Assembly: GCA_965235115.1 (NCBI GenBank)
Contig: OZ249436.1
Location: 39,744,001 to 39,808,000, forward strand
From: Laetmonice hystrix
Taxonomy: Eukaryota
Direction: 5' to 3'
DNA: 64,000 nt
In this document: positions 50,156 to 63,266 of the stretch, piece by piece
Position numbering within the stretch: position 1 is the first letter of the stretch
Layout of the letters: each line of letters opens with the position of its first letter
The notes under the pieces: generated by a model
Databases searched by the model: none
What the model was told of the DNA's origin: nothing
What the model saw: the letters and a program-made list of their open reading frames with translations, nothing else
Position numbers and translations under genes: made by a program

Positions 50156-51159
50156 AACCACTTTCGTAGTATTGCAACCGTTTATTAGTGTCACTATCTC
50201 TGTTCTATGTTTGATAGTATTACATATTTTTATTGATTCATGAAGCCATCATTGTAACAACAAGAACCAACACTTTGATGATGATATACGACCTGTGTGA
50301 TGTCGTCAATAAAACCGAGCCCAGTATTGACTACGTTTTACACACCGTTCAACTATTTGCTCGTCCCCGCATGCCCGATCCCATTTGATATGTCGCTGCT
50401 GCATGCAGACAATAGCATTAAAGATCTCTGACATGTATTGGACGGACTGTTGCCGTAAAGTGTCCTGAATCCTGAAAACTTTGCGTGACATGTACTCCAA
50501 AATCAAACAAACAAAAACCAAAACAGAAAAACAAAACAAACCAAGCAATCGAAGATGGAGCAATCCATTTTTTTCCAAATCTATAGGACCCGCCATGGAC
50601 CCCCCCCCCTTGTCCGTGAATCCACCCTGAGGCCAGGATGGCGGCCGGCAGTGGAGGAACACCTCCCGAGACTATAGCGCTCTGGCTGACATTAGAACCG
50701 GTAGTAGACCCTATCTGACAGCCGGCTGGAGGCGGGGCGAGGAAATCTGCCACGACCTCTGTCTTTCATTAATGATGCCATGGTCATGACAAGAATGTTC
50801 ATTGCCAATTTGATATTTTTGTCTTAGGCTTGTACATGGCATCTTTACGGTATTCTTTGATTGTATTTCGTTACATACTGAGTAAAGTTAAAACGAGATA
50901 GAGATAAGAAAATCAACTTTGGGGCTATTAAGTAGTGTGGGGTGGCGCTGTACGTTTTTTGAAGTCTTTTACCACAACCACTTTCGTAGTATTGCAACCG
51001 TTTATTAGTGTCACTATCTCTGTTCTACGTTTGATAGTATTACATATTGTTATTGATTCATGAAGCCATCATTGTAACAACAAGAACCAACACTTTGATG
51101 ATGATATACGATCTGTGTGATGGCGCCAATAAAACCGAGCCCAGTATTGACTTCGTTTT
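50156..51159 (+). repeat. Local direct duplication, 820-bp offset
   Basis: 50156-50339 and 50976-51159 are nearly identical (aaccactttcgtagtattgcaacc...cccagtattgact). Weaker similarity extends upstream of each copy. Confidence 0.92.
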
Positions 51160-53045
51160 TTTCGTTCAACTATACCTGTTGAACATGTGGATTGATGGAT
51201 TAAAGGGGTACATGTGGATTAACCGCCTATGACAGCATAACATTGACCATCTTATGCAGGTTTTCAGAGCAAGGAAATCTTTCTTACAAAACAGTGAAGG
51301 ACCCATGCGGTCATCAAAACCCGCGCTGGCCAGCCAAATCAACCCCCCCCCCATTAGTGCATGATGGCAATGGTGACATTTAACCTTTGTCGAGAGCAGC
51401 TGTGAGTCAGTTTATGATAGAATAGCGGGTAGGTAATTGGTAGTTGGTTTGGCAGATATAATTCAAAAGTTGAACAAGATTTGGAAGGCGGAGGTTCACC
51501 CTCACTTACATAGACACCTATTATGAGACATTTTATAATTAAACTAAATCCAATCCACTGTGTGAATGCGACCAAGGATTCACATTCATCAATAATTAAC
51601 GAGAAGCGGTGCTAGTAAAGAGCCTTACGAAACAATAGTCGTCTCGGCTGGCTGGAGCGTCACACTGGCGGCCTCAGGGATTACGTTTCTCCTTGTGGAA
51701 TATAATCACTCATGTAGATATGATTCTGACACTACTTGCAACCTTCAAGGCTCAACGGATTGAAAAAAAAGGACTTACACTTTGTTTTAGTCTGACAGCT
51801 GCACTCGAAAAGAGGGCACTATAAACTGGAAAAGTCCAAGATTGTTTGTGAACCGTAAATAACAAGTTTTTAATATCAATATTAATCAAATTAAAGAAAT
51901 GTTGATAGATGAAGCGGTTCGATTTGGTTCTATGTTATTTAGAATCAATTTTGGGAGGTCGATTATGTACTTTGATGACAGGTTTCCATTGTCGCCTCCC
52001 CGGCAGTACACGGTCGTGCTGAAAGTGCCGATTAACACTGTAGTCCGGTGATGGGGGAATGATTGATACACGTCCAACGACTGCTAGACGATGGAGCGCG
52101 CTCAAGGAATTCTCTATTGTGTACTATAATTAAACGTCTCGCATCCCAACGACGCGACGAGGTGCTTCCAGGCTACTGGCACTTGGGAGGGATCAGTCAG
52201 TCATAGCGTGCGCGACCAGGGAGGGCCACGAGGAGGGGGGGGGGGGAGGTGTCTCCGGAAGGCATAGGTAGGCGATGGTTGGGGAGGGGCAGGGGCGGCA
52301 GGAGGGCGTCATCAATTCTTCAAGAACCGACGTCATGAGGCGCAAGCATTCTTCTGGCACGTTACCGTGTAACCTTGGATCCTCTACGACGAGACGCGAA
52401 GGCAGTGGAGCAGAGCCTGTAGTAATCACTACTGGGGCCGTCTCTCTCATATAACTAAGGAGCTCTAGTAGAAGCGGCCTGAGGTGTCAGAGATGTGGTA
52501 GAACGCTTGACATGGGATGTATGTCATTAAAACGCTTTGCTTTCAAAACGGCGCGCTATAATGGGAAAGGGGAAGATTTACTGACTGCCGGCAGCAGTAA
52601 TCGATGTACTAATAGGGAACTCGTTGGCATATTGATAGGAAGTAATTGGTATAATTTTTGATACTTACAGTATCTCTAGAATATTAAGTGAAACATTTTC
52701 ACGACGCTCGAAGTGTGGAGCACAAGGAGCAAGAGTGCCAAACGTCAAGGACGGATGTTGGCGAGGGGTGGGCGGTCTCTGTCGCGGATTCTAGTCATAA
52801 CTTCTGCTGGTTCTGTTAACGGTTGCAAATGCGGATGGACTGTTCGCGTTATGACGTAATAGTTCGACAATGAAACTTCACTAATTACTAGAAGTGAATC
52901 TGGATGCAGTCGTGCATGCAAAGGGCATAAAAGTAGATCAAGGAAATTCCTATCAGGGATCTATGATTCTGCAATTTAAACGTCAAACCTCGTAGCCTGA
53001 TTTGTCGCCTCTTATATTACCATCAACAAAGGTTTGCGGACTCTG

Positions 53046-53187
53046 CAATCGCAACATCCCGGGCTTTCCGTACGCAAAACACCTGCCATGTTGAAACTAC
53101 TTCCAGTCACATGATTCGATGGAGTCACGTGACCGATTTAGTAAAAATGGCGGAGGCATAACACCAGCACCTGTTTTGTTTCTGGAC
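53046..53187 (-). repeat. Dispersed repeat, copy 2 (inverted relative to 4741-4894)
   Basis: Direct reverse-complement match. Confidence 0.9.
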
Positions 53188-53520
53188 AAGTAAATGAGGA
53201 AAGAAATGAAAACTGACAAGAGACAAGTCACTTAAAATGGCGTATCAATTCGAAATACAACAGTTTTACCGCACTTTAGTGTAAATTAACGGAGGAAGCT
53301 ACTCTGCTGCATTACAAACGTTTTTTCTCTAGTACCAAACATACACAGTTAAGTCTAGAAGAAAGGAGAACTCGTTTAATCCAAGATAAGAAAAATGTCT
53401 TTCGCACTAGGGTCCCGCTTTAAGATGTGGATACCCCATACTAATGTCTACACATGCCCCAATTTGAAACACCGAGGCCAGCCACATACTTTTCACGATA
53501 AGAGGAGACAAGTCTGAGAT

Positions 53521-53662
53521 CAACCCTTATTGTAAACAATACAATTTTTACAATAAGGATAAAGTTGTAACCCATAATGTAATTTTTTTACAATAAGGGT
53601 AAAGTTGTAACCCTTAATGTTACATTTTTACAGTAAGGGATTTTTTAGTTACATTAAGGGTT
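53521..53662. repeat. Small array of ~39-bp self-inverted AT-rich units
   Basis: caacccttattgtaa..ttacaataagg repeated; outer ends caaccctta/taagggttg. Confidence 0.75.
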
Positions 53663-55282
53663 GCCACATAGCCTGCATGGATCATCGTTCAGTTGCAGTC
53701 TGGAAACACGTGCTGATGTTTCCATACTGAGAGTATGATGAGTCACACAATGTCCGCTTGGAGCCGGGAGTGTGCAAGGCTGAGAAATAGGACTCTTCTA
53801 CTGGGATGTAGCAATACCTCTCTTTCCCCATCAGTGTGTCAATCTCTGGCGGCTACCATTGGATTATCACGTGTTGTCTCAGACGCCAGATCTTCCAACG
53901 GTAGGATGAACGGATCCAATTGACTAAGACCAAGGTCACATTTTAGTCTTTGTTTTTTGTTTTTCTTTCCCTGGAAAACACACCACCTCCTTACCAACTC
54001 CTCTCAGCATACTGCCGCCGATTCATTGTGAGCGAAAGAACCAAGAAAATGTTGAGAATAGATCACTTCATAAGAGTCTACCCTAGCGCGTGAGACTCGC
54101 CCCTGGCTCGTAACCAGGTAACAAGGGGGACTCAGACCAGTGAGACTAGGTGACACACAGCTACGATACCCGTAGGCGCTGTTAGCATACTGGAATTATA
54201 CCTCCTACATCGTGCGTATAAAACGTAAGTAGTTAAGACTTGCTGTGCGTACGGAACAGTACAGCACGTAGGTCCATGTTGTCTGATGGTATCTTGATGA
54301 GCAAGGCCGCGCGTGTCTCGCCATGAGACTATGTCTGTTTCAACAAGCCACACACAAATATTCACTGCTCCTGTCTCCCTCTCTGTAAGAAAGTCTTTCT
54401 CATGTTGCGGACGTTCAGATAAGCAGTGGTTAGATATGCCATGCCATTCGGATGCCATTGCTGATTAATTCCACGACCTTTTACAATGCGCTCAAGACGT
54501 ATGGGTATTGCTTCGTACCATTACTCTCTCTGTCTTTCTGTCTCTGTTTCTCTCTCTCTTACTCTACAATATAAGTAAGCGAACGACGTGCGCAATTGGA
54601 TAATTTTGGCGGGACGCCATGACCATACCTGTCTGCCACAGTGGCCATCAAACTTTGCTGACCAATTGACACGAGCATCGTGCGTCACAGACGGTCTTCC
54701 TGACATGATGGGGGGAATTGTTTGGCTGTAACAATCAACGGTAGAGTTAACTAGTCTTAGGAAGGAACCTGGCCCGTAATTACATGTGTGTGGCCCCGCC
54801 GCAAGTCCTAATCAGATTTTCATTTTGAGCGCCGTTTCGGGCTCGATACTCGCAGCAATCGGCCCATTTGGTCAATGGCACAAACCTGAACTGTGCGTGC
54901 AGCCACACGAAGCAAGTCCTTTTAGACGTAACCGAACATCGAAACTGTTGAAGGGCGCGCTGTCTGCATAGAACAGGTAATGACTCCTTTTCTTTCATGC
55001 ATACTAAACGAGTGAGAACTTCATAAAGGACAGTCAACTTTGTAACAGCATGGCGGATGGTAAAACCATTGACCATTTGTGAAAATAAGGTCAAAATGCG
55101 TTTTCTTTTGACGTTTTGCCAGATCTAGACTCTCAAAGCGTTTCATTTTTTTTTATTGTTTTTACCATCGTTTGTATTATGGCATGACAGCAGTGTCTGG
55201 AAGATCCAGACACTCTACTTAACATATCTAAGAGCAGCCAGTGTGGCGGGGGGGGGGGGGTCCCCCTTCACTATAGACTCTA

Positions 55283-55595
55283 CATGGGTGTCGGAAGCAA
55301 TTGACAGCTGGGGGGGGGGGGGGCTTGAAGACAGGAGCCAAGCACACTTTGGTCAGGCTATGCCTTGACACAATGACAGGGGCGAATCTAGGTTTTTGAA
55401 AGGCGGTGATGGTATGTTACGGCTGCCTGTACTGGGGGGGGGGGGGGGGTCCGGGGGGAAAATAAGGGGGCAATTTTAGGCCATTTAAGCATAGAGTTTT
55501 GACCTTTGGAAATGGGGAGGGGGGGAATTATGTTCTGGCCCCCTCCTGTAATATTGGGGGGATGGCCCCCTGCCCCCCCTGTTCCGACACCTCTG
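55283..55595. mobile_element. CA..TG element with 5-bp TSD (hAT-like MITE)
   Basis: CTCTA|CATGGGTGTCGGAA ... TTCCGACACCTCTG|CTCT(A). The right TSD is completed only after removing the 55600-56217 insertion and its duplication. Confidence 0.65.
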
Positions 55596-55599
55596 CTCT

Positions 55600-56217
55600 C
55601 AATCGTAACGACCGAGCCATTTCCGGTTTACTTTGCTTTCGGGAACTAGACTCGGACCGTGAAAGTGTAGAAATTCTACGGTCATTTACCGGGAATCCGC
55701 CTGATATGTGGCGTGGTCTCTGATCCGGCCAATTGGAAATTTAGTGCAGTCGATTGACCAACTGTTTTAGGTGTTGTGTGCATATAAACAAGTTTTCACC
55801 GACTGTACGTCTTGATAATGAGTAAACAAGTAACAGGTTCACATAATTTGATGTCACAATACGATTTCGGCAGTCCGACTTTTACCATGATGGCGACACG
55901 ATGACAACATGTCATAGCCATAGCCATGACATAGCCCTAGTGCACACGTGTGCGACAGATTACGAATTCAATGGACACTCCCTTGGAAGAATTTCTAAGT
56001 GCGGTACAATATGCGAGGGACATCCTTCGTTTGCCCTTCAGCCTTCGACACACAGACAGCATGTAACACTGGCAGGTGCAGTGTGGCTTCTCCCCGAACA
56101 CATGTCTGTGTGTACATCACCTGCCATTTTGAAAATAGTTTTGTGACGTCAGCTAAGGAAGATGGCGTTCTTACTATCCGAGTCTATTTCACGAAATGGG
56201 CTCGGTTGTTCCGATTG
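55600..56217. mobile_element. Complete 618-bp TIR element with 9-bp TSD (MULE-like)
   Basis: CTCTGCTCT|CAATCGTAACGACCGAGCCATTTC ... GAAATGGGCTCGGTTGTTCCGATTG|CTCTGCTCT. Second copy at 15367-15985. Confidence 0.9.
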
Positions 56218-56321
56218 CTCTGCTCTATGTGCCGACATTTTGTTGGGCCATTTCTAGTGGGCCTATCCATGTAGGGAAGTCGCAGATCTTCTCGCACCCG
56301 TCAAAATGCCTTGTAACAACC

Positions 56322-56510
56322 CACTTTGAAACAGTTATGCACTTTGAAAAATATTTTCAAAATGCGTTAAATGTTGGACCACCTCAACGCACTTTGAAAA
56401 TTGTTTTCAAAGTGCGTTGAGATTAGGGTCCACCTCCACGCACTTTGAAAAAAGATATAATTTATTTCAAAGTGCTTCAAACACTGCCGTCGCGACACAC
56501 TTTGAAAAAT
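56322..56510. repeat. Array of palindromic CACTTTGAAAA/TTTTCAAAGTG units
   Basis: Motif recurs in both orientations about every 50-58 bp. Perfect 18-bp-stem hairpin at 56383-56421. Confidence 0.85.
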
Positions 56511-56533
56511 GTGTAGATAACAAAGTACAACAA

Positions 56534-56776
56534 ATGGCACTACATAACGGAAAATTATACAATTTTATCAGTGATACATTTTTTGTCCGACATTTGCAGG
56601 TAAAAAATATCAAGACGACATCCTCAGACTTCAGATAGATATGCTTATCATGGGTCCTCTTTGTTGTCGTCGTTTTCGTCGTTTTCGTCGGCATCATCAT
56701 CGTGAGGCTGTGTCGCCGTTCGTATCGTACCAACATGGACGCCAACAACACAGACGACGACACGACAACCGTATGA
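56534..56776 (+). pseudogene. Candidate small single-pass membrane protein ORF with one internal TAG
   Basis: MALHNGKLYNFISDTFFVRHLQVKNIKTTSSDFR*ICLSWVLFVVVVFVVFVGIIIVRLCRRSYRTNMDANNTDDDTTTV*: hydrophobic helix, basic stop-transfer residues, AATAAA downstream. No homolog recognised. Confidence 0.3.
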
Positions 56777-56842
56777 CGATGACCATCACATGGACGACAC
56801 GACAACCCGCCGACGACCCCGACCATAACGACTACAACCCAG

Positions 56843-57190
56843 ACCAAGACCCAGACGAGAACGTAATAAAGGACTATCATCCCAAGACCCAGACGAAAAC
56901 GTAATAAAGGACTATCATCCCAAGACCCAGACCAGAACGTAATAAAGGACTATCATCCCAAGACCCAGACGAGAACGTAATAAAGGACTATCATCCCAAG
57001 ACCCAGACGAGAACGTAATAAAGGACTATCATCCCAAGACCCAGACGAGAACGTAATAAAGGACTATCATCCCAAGACCCAGACGAGAACGTAATAAAGG
57101 ACTATCATCCCAAGACCCAGACCAGAACGTAATAAAGGACTATCACCCCAGGACCCAGACCAGAACGTAATAAAGGACTATCATCCCAAG
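56843..57190 (+). repeat. 38-bp tandem repeat, 9 copies, each with AATAAA
   Basis: cccagacgagaacgtaataaaggactatcatcccaaga; acgtaataaa at 56861, 56899, ... 57165. Confidence 0.97.
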
Positions 57191-59532
57191 CCTAGGGAAC
57201 ACAAGTCTTTGGGAGAGGAGACTTGAGCCGAGAAATCGGATATGGAAATATAAACTTCCTCAGAAATTTGATCTTACGTTATTTGCATACTCGTGGCCGA
57301 CGTGGAAATTTCAAATCGCTGCAAGTTTGAAGTTGCTATGTGACATGTGGTTTTTAATCCAGTGTGCAAGTAGGAATAAAACGTACATTTTTTATTGTGG
57401 TGTTTTGGAAAGAGTTTGCCTTAAATCTATGTGAAAAGGGAGCGCGCTGTTGTTAGGCCAAGGAAGGCAGGTTGCCTTGGTTGCACAGAGAATGACGTAA
57501 CCCCGCATGTCGAGTGCTGGCAAGGCATTTAGCTGAAGAATGGCTCATGTAAGTGGTCAGCATGCTCGAGCACTGCCCCAAAGCTGATAAGTTAATCCTT
57601 ATGTCGTATTTGTCTTCATGATGCGAATAGTTAATGTAACTTCACTTGATGATATTTTCCAGGCCGTTATTTATAGCATCAGTTTAACGTCAGGGTCGTG
57701 CATGATGATGCAAGACCGTGAGAGCATGTGGAGTGCTTATCAAATGAAGGCCTGGCAAGGGCAAATGATACTGAAAAGCCATTGGAAGGGAGCCGCAATT
57801 GACTGACCTTGCTTATATGAGCAGAACATTTCTCAACCTGCACAACGGCTCACCTGTCTTGAAAGTATTTGTCATAGAGCACCAGAGGTATCTAATATAT
57901 CAATTAAAGAGCATGCAGACTTCAGACAACAACAGGATTTACAAAAGAGGGACACCAAAGGGAAAAAACTCCCCAAACTGATCTCTTAAAAATGCAATTA
58001 AAGGATACACCACAAAATATTTATCGGGGGCGGCGGTCAATTTTGAAAATGGGAGTATGGAAGGCCGTAGTAATTTTAATGGAGACAGAAATAAGGTATC
58101 TAAAATGCAGCATAAAAAACTAAAGAATAAACCTATATTGCTTCATGTATTCTGATTGTTATTTTATGCAAAATTTGGCCGCCGGACGGCTGGCTTATGC
58201 AATGGATATGGCGCTATAACTGCAGGGGTGAAAATCTTCCAATAATCTGTTCATGGCCCTTGAAGAGAGATATAAAATAAGAAGAAGAGAGGACTATTGG
58301 ATGTACATTGTAAAGCATCTTATAAAGAGACAACTTCCTTCCCCGTTTAGTGATGAGAGTAAACGCTCAGCTCATCGTTACTGTTCAACGCCCTACAACG
58401 TTCATCTTCTGCCTAGCAATAGACCCTTTTACCGCATTCCCTGCGCGTGCCATCGCTTGACCGGACCTTCCTAGTTTGTTATTTTTTCAGGTTCAACGGG
58501 ATTTGGCGGGCAAGGAACCGACCATAGGACATGTCGCCTGGCCATTCCTTCCCATGCGTCCAAATATGATTTCGCTGATGAATACGACATACACACGTTC
58601 CCCGAATTGTACTTTGACCTAGCCCTGATTTGGAAAATATGCCGTTGCGATTGCTTCTTGGACGAGGTTGTGACCTGCTTATGGCGTCGGGACAACCGTG
58701 GCGGGCGCAACTGTTGGGGGCCCCCCGGCCCCCCGACACCCGGAGCTCTCTATTAACCCTTGAGGCAGTCCCTCCTGACATGCGGGTCGCCTATGATAAA
58801 TTGGAAGAATATTTAGCATCGTTATTTGACAACATTTTGCGAGCGACAACAGGTAAATGAATTGCGGCAGCGATATAGGGGCCTGTGTTAAGATGTTTCC
58901 AAAGTCAGGGAGTCTATTCAAGAAACCAGAATAATCTATACTTGTGATCCTTAGTTTATTTTTTTTTATTTTCAAGTGTTTGCTTATATTAATATTGTAC
59001 AAATTGGAAGGAAAAGTTTGGAACATAGATTTTGGATCCGGTAGAAATTCTCACCGGATCTTAGCCCCTAGCGGGAGAGCAGTGAAACAGTCTATTCCCT
59101 TGATTCGGTTGCTGTTGTATTTATTTTACGCTGCGAAGGCATCACCCCCGCACACACACACACACCCACGCGCGGTGAGGGAGTCAGATAGACGTCGCCA
59201 TTGATGACTGCTATCTGCTCAGTATCAACGAGGCACGGCCACTGTATTCATGTCGTATCCAACTACAGAACGACCCACATTACTACTTGAAGGATTTCTC
59301 GGATTTCTTCGTTATTTATTTTACCTTTGCCTTCTGAAGCCCGTACCACCCACGTGAGCACGTATATTCGGTGAAACGTTACACACCGTCTCAAATATAA
59401 CACTTCGGGCAATTTTCTGGCAACTCAGATTTATTCACTGTTAATGCAGTGCCGTCAAAATTGTTTAAGGAGGCGTAGTGATGACGGAGTTCTTATGATA
59501 TGAGCAGATTGTTCATATATTTGATGAGTGTA

Positions 59533-59704
59533 CAGTGACGTAGCCACCATAGGGCGTACCCGGCGTACGCCCCCCCCCCGTTTGGCTTCTCTCTTTTTTG
59601 CATTGTTAAAGACCTTTTTTTTTTGCTTGTCAGATTTTCCTTAAAAAAATTTACGCCCCCCCCCCTTTACGCCCCCCTTTCACTAATTCCTGGCTACGTC
59701 ACTG
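59533..59704. mobile_element. Short CAG..CTG element with 5-bp TSD (hAT-like MITE)
   Basis: GTGTA|CAGTGACGTAGCCA ... TGGCTACGTCACTG|GTGTA, 14-bp perfect TIR. Confidence 0.88.
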
Positions 59705-59814
59705 GTGTAGACATGAGCACACAGCCTCCCCCTCCTCCATGGCGCCTCGTGTAACGGAGATCGATTATAGCGAGGGTCACCAGTGATAGGAGACGTTCCC
59801 ACCATGACGACGAG

Positions 59815-59895
59815 CTGATCCTGTGACACTGATCCTGTGACACTGATCCTGTGACACTGAACCTTTGACACTGATCCTGTGACACTGATCCTGTG
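59815..59895. repeat. 14-bp tandem repeat (CTGATCCTGTGACA) ~6x
   Basis: Direct reading. Confidence 0.95.
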
Positions 59896-61227
59896 TCCCC
59901 TCCTATTTGATAAGTATATTGACGATGTCATCTGTAGATGCCTAGAGAACCAAATATAAGCGATGCTAATATATAGGATGAAGATTTGGAGATTATAGTA
60001 CAGTAACCAGCAGCCTTCCATTCACTCCTATGTTAACTTAACGATCTGGTTATTAACCAGCCTTTAGTGAGACGGGTCCTGGATGACACTGAGCCTGAGT
60101 CCCCCTTACCGTTTGGAAACGTTTGGTGCGTCCAGTCCTGTTTGGCTACTGTCCCATGCATTATTCAGTGTCTTCGAGTCGGTTCTTCCTGTAGTCATGT
60201 GATCACTAACGAGCCGTAATTCCAGAAGACACATGGACTTCCATGTCCTTACGATTTTTACCAGGTTACGGAACAGAACATCATGCTGATGTCCATATCC
60301 TGACAGTCCATTCAAACATCTATTTTGGCAGATTTGTGTGTTAAAAAAATAAGTTTAATTCTCAACAGCAAACATTCTTGTTCTGTACGGCATACATGTA
60401 CAGGGATAGGTACATGTATAGGTACAGGTACATGTATATAGGTACTTCTGCACAGACGGATGGAGCTAGAAGAATATGTTTTAAGTGCATGGAAGCGACT
60501 TTGAATATTGCTTCTGCTAGTTCGAATATTGTTGGGGAAAGACGGACATGACAACGACAAATTTGCAGACTGCTCTATAATTACTTGTTGGTACATATAT
60601 AGATTCATATATTGGCTGCATTCTTGATGTTACAGATGAATCTTACCGACTTTAATATCACCCGGGAGGTCGTCTTGAATCATGATATGCGTGGAAAACA
60701 TTGGGGACAGAATGCAAAAATATGCACCCATATTCGACTCTATGGAAAATGATGAAATATGCCCAGTATTTGTTCACACAACACAGGCTGCGCGTCTCGC
60801 AGCCTTCCTTAGGCGTTCCACCCATCTGTCTGATGCTGTCAGCGATGCAATGTCCTTATTTCAAACGTGTGTTGCATATATGCACGACTGCCCGTGCATT
60901 ACATGCGTGTTGCTGTTTGGCGACAGAAGCACGATTCGTTGGCCAGTGGACGTCTAATCACTCCGACTCCTGTAACATTTCCATATGTCCAGCTCACTCA
61001 GTCAGACAATACATCACTGGATCCTGGACCCTAACACCAACCGCTGACCGCCTCTCGTCAGGACAATCACCCCGGACCCATGTGTGAGGAACCCAGGTGT
61101 ATCTGCTGTGTATCTACAGTTGGGACATGATATCTGTTGGGACAGCGACAAGGTTCTGCATTTCATAGATAGGGAGTAACTTCTTTCATAACCATATTGA
61201 AGCTAGGTGTAGAGAATGGAGGATGGA

Positions 61228-61300
61228 GAAGAAGAAGAAGAAGAAGAAGAAGAAGAAGAAGAAGAAGAAGAGGAGGAAGAAAAGGAGGAAAAGAATAAGA
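61228..61300. repeat. (GAA)n microsatellite and purine tract
   Basis: Direct reading. Confidence 0.95.
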
Positions 61301-62372
61301 AGGGAACATTGTAGGCCTACGTGAAAAGGAAGCTTGATATAAAAACAAGCGATTTGCGTATTACCAATGTCCGGGGCTTTATCATACGAGGATCGCTTTG
61401 CCTGCTACTCCTCTCCACAATCCGACCAGTCCCCATTAAATACCGGATTTCTGCTGTTTCTCTGGCTTCCGGAACCTGAAGAAGCCACAAAATCAATGCA
61501 GTCCTTACAAGAAAAAAACCGCAGGAGCAGTTTTTCCCACCCCCTTTTCCCGCCATTATCGGACTGTCCCGTCCGTTCCCTAGAAGGTTGCATATCACTG
61601 TAAGTACTTAAACCAGTTCGAATTCGCGATATATCCCCTATGTATTTGCTTAGAAGCAGATGGTCATATTACATAATGGTGATTTTTTTGGTATTAAACC
61701 ATGGTTTAATAATATTATAATATTATAATAGATGTTCGATTCTCGATCTCTCCCGACAACACCGCGATATGTTCTGCGGCGACATAGCTATATTTCAAAC
61801 ATAATTGCCAGCATTACAGTCTAATTGCTTTATTTGTCTTGCTAATGTCATACAGAAATAAACAACTCATATAGTAGGGAAACGTTGCCTATAAACCTTA
61901 GCCTACAAAATGTCGTTGTCTTAGTGTATTGAGGTGTGTTGAGAGCCCACCTGTCCTTTCACTATTTTCCGATGAGAACCAACAGCTGCATATAAATGGC
62001 AAACATACATCGATATATCCAAAGAGTTCCCGGAACATTTCCGTTGTTTTGTCGAAGACTCGTAGACTGAGGCGCCAAGTGGGCCGACACTGACCCCCAC
62101 CTCCGGTGAGCGGCCGCCAAGCCGTTTTATGACGTCACGATTCCGGCCTCAACCAAGCATGCGCACGGAATGGCTGGAGCCTTGATCTCCCTTTTTTAAG
62201 GAGCATTTAAGACACTGCATATAGCTGCGGTACTGATTGACCTGACGCGAATGCATATTTAGTCATTCATATTTGGTCAATCAGGCCGTATTTGCAGTGA
62301 CTGTTGACATTTCCTTTAAGCCTAGTTACATAATGGGGCCAATACATGGCAAGCTTTTGGTTACTTATTATA

Positions 62373-62786
62373 CAGGGTGTCCGAAAAAATTGCACAACCA
62401 TATTTGCACACCGATCACATTTGCGAGCTTCACATATGTTAGAGGGAATCTTTTTTCAAGAATAATGGTCTTTATTGTATCTCGATTGACCAATACATTC
62501 ATGAATTATGTTACCTTTTGGTCATCAAAGTCATGGCTCTGAATGGCACTGTCAGACAGCGTGATGTCCATGAGGATTACACATCACACTGTCTGACGGT
62601 GCCATTCAAAGTCATGACTTTGATGAATAAAAAGTAACATGATTCATGAGTGCATTGACCAATCAAAATAAATTAAAGACCATTATTCTTGAAAAAAGAT
62701 TCCAGCTAACATATGTGAAGCTCGCTAATGTGACAGGTGTACAAATATGGTTGTGCATTTTTTTTGGGGGGGGGGGGGACACCCTG
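62373..62786. mobile_element. Tc1/mariner-type palindromic MITE
   Basis: TA|CAGGGTGTCC ... GGACACCCTG|TA. The two halves are inverted along almost the full length. Confidence 0.92.
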
Positions 62787-63105
62787 TAAACTAGGTGCAC
62801 ATGGTATGGGCCTTCATGAAGATGCAATTCATGATACTCCTCCCATCTCTACATCACAGTCCATACTTTTCATACCAAACATGCAATGTCATGATAAGGC
62901 CAAGCATTTTACCCATGTATTTTTTACACCCCCCCCCCTTCTCCCAGAAAATCTTGGTGGTTGCATGTTGGTGGCTGCATGATACGGTCGGGGGACAATA
63001 CGTCGTATTTCTAAGTAAACCATTTCTTTTTTAAAAGAAGGACGTGGGACACTGGTGCATGTTGAGTGTATTATTTATTCTTGTAAGTAGGTTAGCATGA
63101 TTACA

Positions 63106-63115
63106 TGAGAGAGAG

Positions 63116-63177
<62 letters not shown>

Positions 63178-63266
63178 CGAGAGCGAGAGAGAGAGAGAGA
63201 GAGAGAGGGAGGGAGAGAGACAGACAGACAAACAGACATACAGACAGACAGACAGACAGACAGAGA
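63106..63266. repeat. (GA)n / (GACA)n compound microsatellite
   Basis: Direct reading. Confidence 0.97.

Noticed and set aside
56843..57190. CRISPR-like 38-bp repeats
   Set aside because: Repeats are head-to-tail with no unique spacers, there are no cas genes, and the context is eukaryotic.
58491..58852. AG..GT-bounded exon candidate
   Set aside because: No frame is open across the whole interval and no family is recognised.
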